DNA of 64,000 nucleotides. Origin: a virus (Duplodnaviria; Caudoviricetes). The notes below the pieces were generated by a model, which was given only the letters and a program-made list of their open reading frames with translations, had not been told where the DNA came from and did not search any database. A program made the position numbers and the translations under genes. The stretch is from the IMG/VR virus record IMGVR_UViG_2905373006_000003, positions 1-64,000 of that record; one strand, given 5' to 3'. Numbering within the stretch: the stretch's first letter is position 1; each line of letters opens with the position of its first letter. Positions 57,494 through 64,000 of the stretch are shown piece after piece.

Positions 57494-57559
57494 CCCATCT
57501 CGTACCACTACATCCCATTTATCTCACGGATCACTATTCATTTATCTCATGTCTAATCA
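57494..57559 (-). repeat. Right end: GAGATAAATG transposase-binding repeats
   Basis: Reverse complement TGAT...GAGATAAATG...ATCCGTGAGATAAATG, plus a degenerate third copy. Confidence 0.85.
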
Positions 57560-57844
57560 ACTAAAGGTGTTTTGATCATCATGCGCATTACTGGATTCAT
57601 TACTCTGCGCAGTGGGTATATCACTATTGCGCATTGGCTCTTTTGCGCTTTCTTTTTTCTGCGCAGTGCGCAATTTCTTGTGCGCAGTTTTTTTCGCATT
57701 CTGCGCACTGGATATTTTGATATATCGTCGGGCTGTTGCGTAGTTTAGTTCCTTTAGTTCGCACCACTCTTTAGGGGATATTCCTGTTATAGCATGTTCA
57801 GCGAGGAACTGTTGTTGTAGCATCCCCCAATCCGGTTTTGCCAT
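57560..57844 (-). pseudogene. terS: Terminase small subunit, N-terminal 95 codons
   Basis: MAKPDW TerS start; truncated by a TGA supplied by the inserted phage end. Confidence 0.92.
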
Positions 57845-57914
57845 TGTGTTTATCTCCTTAGCCTATTAAAAAGCCCATTCGTTAAAATAAGCTTTGTGAT
57901 TGACTCTTATGAAT

Positions 57915-58095
57915 TGTACTCGTCTCTCCGGTTGTCACGCCCTTTCTTCTACCTACAGCTGACGTTGCTGATAATGACCGAAAAATAACAAATGGTGGTA
58001 TTCATTGTTTTTGACTCTCACTATGCGCTATCTGTCGAGAATAAAACAGATCATGGCTAACATAGGAGACAGCGACAACGCTACGCCTTCTTCTA
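57915..58095 (-). ncRNA. Candidate structured RNA between lysis and terS
   Basis: ORF-free, several nested stems, TAGAAGAA(A)GG(G)CGT direct repeat. Confidence 0.35.
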
Positions 58096-58332
58096 TTGGC
58101 ACGAAATAAAAATAGCAGTATGATTAATGAGTATTTATTTTTTGCTTAAATTCAGCCACCCTGTGAAATCAAACTCACAGGGTTATTTTTATATTGTGCT
58201 GTTTATTTAAGTAGAAGATAAATAAGAATAATCAATCTGGTATATATACCTACTTAAGCTATACTAAGTAGCTATCGCTATACTTTAATTGATATCTTGC
58301 TAGTATTGCCCAGCCTCCCATGCTGGGCTTTT

Positions 58333-58794
58333 TTATTCCATGCATTCTTGTTTGATATAATCCTGCAACCCTTTAATCATCTGTTCTGACTCTGCAATTC
58401 GCTCTCTGAGTAACCAATAATTTCTGATAGCGGTGTCTGTAGGTCGGGCGGTGGTTGCATCATCCATGCTGGCGGTGGAAGTGGTGGTGCTTTCTGGACA
58501 CTCGGCTTTAATGTACACCCTGTCAGGATTACGCTCACTAATATCACGCAAGCGACTAATTTCATTTTTTGCATTAATAAGCTCCTGTGTGCGCCTTGTA
58601 TCAAGTTGATTTAGTCGCTCTATGCGTACTTGATAGTCAGTATTGATATCCTTCTGCTCTTCGAGTGCGGTAGTAAGTTCTTTGTTGTTTTCTGTCAGTG
58701 TGTTAATTCTTTTCGCCTGTGCATTAATCAGCACGCAACCACCAGCAACAGTCCCCACTATCATAATGACAATGTAAAGTTTCCAATGCTTCAT
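58333..58794 (-). CDS. rz: i-spanin Rz
   Basis: TM + coiled coil, RVYIKAECP, GLQDYIKQEC. Confidence 0.9.
   Translation of the reverse strand: MKHWKLYIVIMIVGTVAGGCVLINAQAKRINTLTENNKELTTALEEQKDINTDYQVRIERLNQLDTRRTQELINAKNEISRLRDISERNPDRVYIKAECPESTTTSTASMDDATTARPTDTAIRNYWLLRERIAESEQMIKGLQDYIKQECME
58377..58574 (-). CDS. rz1: o-spanin Rz1 (nested lipoprotein)
   Basis: LTGC lipobox, PPLPPPAWMMQPPP. Confidence 0.88.
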   Translation of the reverse strand: MQKMKLVACVILVSVILTGCTLKPSVQKAPPLPPPAWMMQPPPDLQTPLSEIIGYSESELQSQNR

Positions 58795-58796
58795 AA

Positions 58797-58955
58797 TTAG
58801 TACCGATGATGTGAGAGAGCAATCTGACAGCGTTTGTCTAAACTGGCTTTATCATTAACACATGAATTATCAATTGAGAGATAAATGCCACCAGCAACCG
58901 AGATGAGTAATGTAAGTATAAAACCGACGATGATGATTAAAGGCTTCCATTGCAT
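58797..58955 (-). CDS. 52-aa TM protein between endolysin and Rz (not in the ORF track)
   Basis: MQWKPLIIIVGFILTLLISVAGGIYL...C...C; overlaps the endolysin end. Confidence 0.6.
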   Translation of the reverse strand: MQWKPLIIIVGFILTLLISVAGGIYLSIDNSCVNDKASLDKRCQIALSHHRY

Positions 58956-59407
58956 AATGCTGACTCCGCCTCTCTACGACTGACCAACCCTCGCCACACC
59001 TTTCCACCAGCATAAACCCAGCGTTTCATTTCTTCACAAGCGCCATTCTGATCACCAGCATTTAATTTCTTAAGCAATGTAGAACGTGCAAAAGCTGTGG
59101 TGCCAACATTGAAAGCAAAGGAATATAAAGAGGCTTTTGTTTTATCATCTACCGGCACTTTAACTAGAACATCAACTTGTTGTTGCGTTCTAATAAAGTC
59201 TTTCTGCAGTAACTCGTCACATTCTTGCTGTGTGTATGTCTTGCCTTGAATAATGTCATTTCCAGTGTGGCCATAACAAACCGTCAGAATTCCAGCAACA
59301 TCACGGTATGGTTCATAACGCACTCCCTCAAAGTAACCAATCACTGTTAGCGCAATACTTACCGCACCGGCACTTGCAACTGCTGTCACTTTCTGTTTTA
59401 GGTTCAT
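58937..59407 (-). CDS. SAR endolysin (lysozyme, R21-like)
   Basis: Weakly hydrophobic N-terminus, E-8-D-5-T catalytic triad, GLVSRREAE. Confidence 0.93.
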   Translation of the reverse strand: MNLKQKVTAVASAGAVSIALTVIGYFEGVRYEPYRDVAGILTVCYGHTGNDIIQGKTYTQQECDELLQKDFIRTQQQVDVLVKVPVDDKTKASLYSFAFNVGTTAFARSTLLKKLNAGDQNGACEEMKRWVYAGGKVWRGLVSRREAESALCNGSL

Positions 59408-59682
59408 TAAATGTCCTTTTTAGCTTTAGTCAGCATCTCGCCAACTATCTTTTCTATGTCTTGCGGATCACTAGAACAATTTCGATGAACCAATTCAGCA
59501 AATAATGCTGTTCGTTTCCGCTGTTCTCGCCGTGTCATCAGATAAGTTGCTAATCCAAGAAGCATGCTAAATCCCATCCCTATTACAAAGCCCCACTCAT
59601 AAAGTGAGAGACTTGCAAAAAAGGCAGTCAAGCCAGCTGTTCCGTAGGTAGCATTGGTTAATTTGTCCATGCGCATATACAC
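59407..59682 (-). CDS. Holin (pinholin-like)
   Basis: Two TM segments, several tandem Met starts, precedes the SAR endolysin. Confidence 0.82.
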   Translation of the reverse strand: MYMRMDKLTNATYGTAGLTAFFASLSLYEWGFVIGMGFSMLLGLATYLMTRREQRKRTALFAELVHRNCSSDPQDIEKIVGEMLTKAKKDI

Positions 59683-59780
59683 CCCCTACGGAGTGCCTAA
59701 GTTTAGTTAAAGGAGTGCCGACTCACAGCTCTTGTGTGAACGTGATAACGAGGGTAATCGCCCTGTGGTCGGCATATACG

Positions 59781-59803
59781 AAAAAAGTCGCATTAGACGA
59801 CTT
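59781..59803 (-). terminator. Terminator downstream of the methylase
   Basis: AAGTCG-TCTAATG-CGACTTTTTT on the minus strand. Confidence 0.7.
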
Positions 59804-59937
59804 ATTGAAATAGATGGCTGGTTTAGTTCAGCCAGACTGTTACGCGCTACCATAACCTTATAGCAAGGAATTCAGTTGTTCGGAATAACCGAGCATGTGA
59901 ACTATCCGGAAATTCCGGATAGTTGAACCTGTAAGAA

Positions 59938-60987
59938 TTACTTACAAGTTAGAGCTTTTATTTCTTGTTCTGTTTGTTCAAATCGCTCTTTCTCAAGTTC
60001 AACTCCAAGAACTCGACGATTTAACTTTAATGCGGACTTTAGTGTTGCACCCGACCCCATAAAAAAATCAGCAACCAGATCACCTTCGCGACTGCTTGAG
60101 CGAATAATGTGTTCCATCATTTCAGCTGGTTTTTCACAAGGATGTTTACCTGCGTAATATTGCACAGGTGGATATGTCCACACATCGGTGTAAGGAACAT
60201 CAACGGTGACAGAAAAAGGACGGCGCAATAATTGATATTGTTCAGCAAGCTCTTGGTACTCTCGACTAAGAGAAGCCTGCACCTCTATCAAATCAGTATG
60301 ATCACGATTTAAAGGATTACTACTAAACTTTTCACTTGCTACGCGATGAAACAGCTCCTGCAGTTTTTTGTAGTCAGACTCACTCGGTAGTTGCCATTGG
60401 CTGTAACTAAACCAGTGTGAAGCCATTTGTTTACCTGTGGCCTGTTTTATTTCTTTTGCTGTTATTCCTAACGATTCACGTGCAGATTTAAAATACTCAA
60501 TTAAAGGCTTAAATACATTTTCTTTAAGCGCTTTGCATTGCTGAAGATAAGCACTACTTTTGCCCTTGTGTGGACTTTGATAATGTTCAGCAAATAAAAT
60601 TCTTTCAGTGCTTGGAAAGAAACTGCGTAAATCAGCTTTACATGCCCTACGCCAAGGCCCAGATGGTTTAGCCCATACAATGTGACTTAGAATATTAAAT
60701 CTTTCACGAACGAGTAATTCTGTATCTGACGCTAGTTTCGAACCGCAAAAGATATAAAGGCTACCGTTAGGCTTTAATACTCGCCAAAATTCCGCAAGCA
60801 TTTCATCAAGCCAAGATAAATATGATGTTACGTTTTCCCACTGATTATCCCAACTACAAGACTTCACCTGAAAGTAAGGCGGGTCAGTTGCGATTAAGTC
60901 AATACAATTATCGGGAAGTGTTTTTATATAGCTGAGTGAGTCATCATTGACTAAATTTACACTGTTTAAATTCACAGTATTTTTCAT
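59938..60987 (-). CDS. N6/N4 DNA methyltransferase (beta class)
   Basis: DPPYF, HPCEKP, DFFMGSG motifs. Confidence 0.93.
   Translation of the reverse strand: MKNTVNLNSVNLVNDDSLSYIKTLPDNCIDLIATDPPYFQVKSCSWDNQWENVTSYLSWLDEMLAEFWRVLKPNGSLYIFCGSKLASDTELLVRERFNILSHIVWAKPSGPWRRACKADLRSFFPSTERILFAEHYQSPHKGKSSAYLQQCKALKENVFKPLIEYFKSARESLGITAKEIKQATGKQMASHWFSYSQWQLPSESDYKKLQELFHRVASEKFSSNPLNRDHTDLIEVQASLSREYQELAEQYQLLRRPFSVTVDVPYTDVWTYPPVQYYAGKHPCEKPAEMMEHIIRSSSREGDLVADFFMGSGATLKSALKLNRRVLGVELEKERFEQTEQEIKALTCK
60960..60979. promoter_or_regulatory. LexA-box-like site in the first codons of the methylase
   Basis: TACTGTGAATTTAAACAGTG (minus strand) = CTG-N10-CAG. Confidence 0.6.
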
Positions 60988-61006
60988 AGATCAGGAGAAC
61001 CTTTTT

Positions 61007-61122
61007 TGATAAGCTCACTATGCTTTGTGCACATAAGCAGTGGGCTTTAGTTTGTCCGTGATCTACCAGAACGGGTGAATGACTGTAAAGGTGCTACCAA
61101 CACTTTTACAGTCGCCCATTTT
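61007..61122 (+). ncRNA. Candidate cis-antisense sRNA / structured leader of the methylase
   Basis: Extended -10 TGnTAAGCT, hairpins, final long hairpin GACTGTAAAGGTG-CTACCAA-CACTTTTACAGTC then TTTT. Confidence 0.45.
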
Positions 61123-61129
61123 CACAGTA

Positions 61130-61327
61130 TTAGATATTTTGAAATGTGTTTTCTTTGATGTTTTCTTTGATTAGCCCCGCCATCGCCAACTGAGTTAATA
61201 TCAATTGACAACGTGGCTCAGTTAAATAAGTAAACTGTGCAACTTCGCCAACAGTTACCTCTTTCGTATGCGGAACAACTTCAAAAACAAGTCTTGCCTC
61301 TTCTGTCATATCACTATGTTTTAACAT
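61130..61327 (-). CDS. Small winged-helix protein preceding the methylase
   Basis: TVGEVAQFTYLT...CQLILTQL..AGL. Confidence 0.75.
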   Translation of the reverse strand: MLKHSDMTEEARLVFEVVPHTKEVTVGEVAQFTYLTEPRCQLILTQLAMAGLIKENIKENTFQNI

Positions 61328-61462
61328 GATATTTTAATACCTTTGGTCAGTTATTGGTCGTGAACACACATGTAACTCTGAACAAAGGAAACAGCAAGCC
61401 TTATCTGTTTTAGATACAAAAAAAACCAGCTCTATGGCTGGCTTTTATAGGTATATCAGTAC

Positions 61463-61795
61463 TTACTTATCTACAACAGTGAATTGCAGTGCAATTAAAT
61501 GCTTTTTGCAATCTTTAATGCCCTCGTTGTAACCGGCATCATAAAAATTTTCTGGCTTTTCTTTAAGGTTAGGAAGATTTATTTTCATTTTTTTCTTAGC
61601 ATCGTTAGCGCCTGCATAATAAATCTCCCAAAGTAATTGAGTGCCCGGATCTGAATATTTAGAGATAGTTTCACGCTCTACAAGGAATCTGAAAGTAGAG
61701 TCACGCTCCCTGCTCAGGTCAATAGACTTCACTTTTCTTTTTATCTGTCTTTCAAATAATTCCTGCAACCCTATTAAATCCATCCTAAATCCCAT
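61463..61795 (-). CDS. Hypothetical moron downstream of pR'
   Basis: AT-rich ORF flanked by terminators. Confidence 0.65.
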   Translation of the reverse strand: MGFRMDLIGLQELFERQIKRKVKSIDLSRERDSTFRFLVERETISKYSDPGTQLLWEIYYAGANDAKKKMKINLPNLKEKPENFYDAGYNEGIKDCKKHLIALQFTVVDK

Positions 61796-61797
61796 GT

Positions 61798-61902
61798 AAA
61801 AAAGCCCCGCAATTAGCGAGGCCTTAAATTCGTTTCCTGCTTTGCGTTTAAAGCTCTACGCAGCATATACGAAAACTATAACTTCATTGTTCAAAAAGTC
61901 AA
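61798..61902 (-). promoter_or_regulatory. Late promoter pR' and terminator tR'
   Basis: TTGACT-16-TATAGT right after Q; -10-like TATGCT pause element; GGCCTCGC/GCGGGGCT hairpin + T run. Confidence 0.7.
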
Positions 61903-61910
61903 TCATTTAT

Positions 61911-62459
61911 TCATGAATAATGATGCTTTCTGTCAAACTCATCACACATAGGCCAATAGAGCATAAATTCAGCAATAGATAACCATGTTTTAACTCGTCT
62001 CCTATAAGTCGATAGTGACATTGAAGGGTGCTTTTCATGTAGCTCTAACGCTATGCCGAAATATGATTTTTTATATACATAATACTGTTTCAGTATTTCT
62101 AATAATCCTTGATCTTTTTCGAAAACAGCACAAATGACCTTGTCCATTTTTCCACCTTCAATATCACTACAGAACCACATATTGCTAAGTGTTTTCTTAT
62201 TTTGGTACTCCTCCAAGAAAAGCTGTAAGGTTTCTTCTGATAGCCCTGATTTTTTCATTCTTCGCATAGCATCTTTGAGGGCTTTCTTTGTGATTTTTGG
62301 GTCTGATAATAATCGCTGAAAAATACCAGAGGCTTGCGGTGATTTACTAAATGCAGCCCAACAACCCCACATTTTTAATCGCCCCCGGATCCATGTACTT
62401 TCTAATGTGCGCAATCTTAAATACTCACCACTCTTGCCACTTGTCTCTGGATAAATCAT
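61911..62459 (-). CDS. Q-like late antiterminator (DUF1133-like)
   Basis: LRTLESTWIRGRLKMWG; position before pR'. Confidence 0.8.
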   Translation of the reverse strand: MIYPETSGKSGEYLRLRTLESTWIRGRLKMWGCWAAFSKSPQASGIFQRLLSDPKITKKALKDAMRRMKKSGLSEETLQLFLEEYQNKKTLSNMWFCSDIEGGKMDKVICAVFEKDQGLLEILKQYYVYKKSYFGIALELHEKHPSMSLSTYRRRVKTWLSIAEFMLYWPMCDEFDRKHHYS

Positions 62460-62493
62460 GCTTATACCTCAACTTCTTTATTTATCAATATCA

Positions 62494-62805
62494 CTAGACG
62501 CGACAAGCGCGTAATTCCATTACTTCAATTTTTGTTTGCTCGAGCAATTCTGCTTCAGAACCATGAATTTCTTGCCATGATTTAGGTGATGCATGAAAGC
62601 CGGTTTCATAACACGCCCTATGATGTGGCGGACACAGTGGTAAAACATCTGTATGACTTGCTCGTTGTGCCATTCCCTGCCCTGTTCTAACATGATGTAT
62701 TTCCGCTCTACTTGCCCCAAGCCCCATATTGCGACAACAAATACAACCCAGTTCCGCTACATCTGATAGCCACTGTCTTTCTTCTTTGGTCTTTGATTTG
62801 ATCAT
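62494..62805 (-). CDS. Ref/DUF968-like HNH nuclease
   Basis: GCICC, EIHH, LPLCPPHH motifs. Confidence 0.8.
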   Translation of the reverse strand: MIKSKTKEERQWLSDVAELGCICCRNMGLGASRAEIHHVRTGQGMAQRASHTDVLPLCPPHHRACYETGFHASPKSWQEIHGSEAELLEQTKIEVMELRACRV

Positions 62806-62816
62806 TGGTCTTGCCT

Positions 62817-63410
62817 CTACGTAAAACTTAATAATTGAGATACTGCATTTTCTACAGCTTTTTGAGTGGGGAATTGCTTACGAAGGATAAAATTCCAAAG
62901 CACATCGAGTGTGGCTTTGTAGAGTTCGCTAAATGCTAGGTCATCCATATTTGCAAAGCTGATTGATTTAGCGACACGACGTAAACTACCGTCAGGCATT
63001 TCAAACGTGTCGTAATAACCGGCTTGCTCTACAACCCAATAGCGAAAAGCATCAAATGATTTTGTTGCTGAGATATTTTGCGCACGTTTTTGTGCGACTT
63101 CTTCTAGATAGATATCGGATGCTGATAAGAGCACGTCAGCATTATCCGTGTAATATGAAAGGAATGTGATGTAACCACGCACAAGCTCTTTTTCTTCAGG
63201 TGAAATGGTACCGCCAACTGGTTCCCAATATTCATAGCCTAAGTTGAGTAATGCGAAGTATTTACGATGAAATCGAGGGTTACGGGCTTTCTTAAAATTT
63301 GCTGAAAGCACATCACCACATTTGATTTTTGAATGCAGAAAATCTCTCGTAACAGGATTGGCCGGTACAAGAGTATCGTTAGACATTTTGATAAAGTTAT
63401 GCTGTGCCAT
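62817..63410 (-). CDS. DUF1367 family protein
   Basis: RNPRFHRKYFALL, KSISFANMD motifs. Confidence 0.85.
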   Translation of the reverse strand: MAQHNFIKMSNDTLVPANPVTRDFLHSKIKCGDVLSANFKKARNPRFHRKYFALLNLGYEYWEPVGGTISPEEKELVRGYITFLSYYTDNADVLLSASDIYLEEVAQKRAQNISATKSFDAFRYWVVEQAGYYDTFEMPDGSLRRVAKSISFANMDDLAFSELYKATLDVLWNFILRKQFPTQKAVENAVSQLLSFT

Positions 63411-63523
63411 ACTTGACTCTCAGTTGACACAGCAAATGTTTAGGATTGGGTGTTCAGACCAATGGATTTATTTTATCAGAAATGCTTTTTTCTTCAAAAG
63501 AAGATAATTTTAAGTTTAAAAAA

Positions 63524-64000
63524 TCACATAAATAGTTCTTTAAGTTGAGATATGTAAGGTGTTATTACAGATAATACAGATGCAGAACCACCAGCAATAG
63601 TCATTATTTCGACTAGTTTTGTCATAACACCAGTTTGGTCTTTAACACTTTTCATCGACTCAACATGTGGGATTATATCATCAATAATTTGAGTGTCTTT
63701 TCCCTGCTTTTTTATCTCTAATAATTCAGAAAGTAGTTTATCTATTAAATCATGAGATTGAACTTGTAAATTTTGATTAAAATTTTCGCTGGCATTAGCA
63801 ACATTAGCATTACCATAAATATTGGTGTTAAATATATGTGCTATTTTTTCCTTTTGTTCATCATTCAAATTAGACAATTTGATATCCTCAATATTTGAAA
63901 TTTTACTTTCTACTTCTAATGTGAATTGTAATATTCTGGTTTTAATTCCATCAAGAATAGCTGTATATAAATGAGCCGGCGACTCACTCCAAATCCTCAT
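63524..64000 (-). CDS. Partial AT-rich protein, C-terminal part of an AbiTii-like domain protein
   Basis: W.......ILDGIKTRILQFTLEVE followed by NTNIYGNANVAN; truncated by the window edge. Confidence 0.5.
   Translation of the reverse strand: MRIWSESPAHLYTAILDGIKTRILQFTLEVESKISNIEDIKLSNLNDEQKEKIAHIFNTNIYGNANVANASENFNQNLQVQSHDLIDKLLSELLEIKKQGKDTQIIDDIIPHVESMKSVKDQTGVMTKLVEIMTIAGGSASVLSVITPYISQLKELFM

Larger units (their letters stand above)
22147..57559. mobile_element. Complete B3/BcepMu-type transposable (Mu-like) prophage, 35,413 bp
   Basis: TGAT...ATCA termini, ACTAAA duplicated at 22141-22146 and 57560-57565, DDE transposase, ATPase, Gam, Mor, Mu-like head, P2-like tail. Confidence 0.96.
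249..64000 (-). mobile_element. Outer lambdoid temperate myophage prophage (right part beyond the window), interrupted by a transposable phage
   Basis: Gene order Q-methylase-lysis-terS-terL-portal-head-sheath-tube-TMP-baseplate-fibre-att on the minus strand. Confidence 0.93.

Noticed and set aside
57342-57575. 77-aa plus-strand ORF across the right phage end
   Set aside because: It runs through the terminal repeats and the junction, has no RBS, and is likely spurious.
59716-59774. Phage-encoded tRNA before the holin
   Set aside because: Too short; lacks TTCRA and CCA; kept only as a structured element.

Overview
The window is almost entirely phage DNA and contains two nested prophages. The outer one is an AT-rich lambdoid temperate myophage read on the minus strand; a Proteus/Morganellaceae-like host is an inference from base composition and gene style. 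It runs from an AbiTii-like gene, DUF1367, Ref-like and Q genes, a DNA methyltransferase and the lysis cassette at the right (64000-58300), through terminase, head and contractile-tail genes, to a repeat-rich tail fibre and a tRNA-Pro 3' att fragment at the left (249-296). A complete, GC-richer B3/BcepMu-type transposable phage (22147-57559, 35,413 bp) is inserted into its small-terminase gene. It has TGAT...ATCA ends, 23-bp-period transposase-binding repeats and a 6-bp ACTAAA target duplication; removing it restores a 339-aa TerS in frame. Notable regulatory features: (1) five co-aligned late promoters of the inner phage, one driving its Dam-like methylase; (2) a three-hairpin leader with an antisense promoter in front of the unrelated DNA methyltransferase of each phage; (3) LexA boxes in the outer phage; (4) two tail-chaperone frameshift arrangements; (5) candidate structured RNAs; (6) several morons: a DUF2441 ART-fold gene, a membrane/Sm-like protein with a convergent micropeptide, a lipoprotein and an SOS-controlled gene. 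Family names come from motif recognition by eye, not from database searches.
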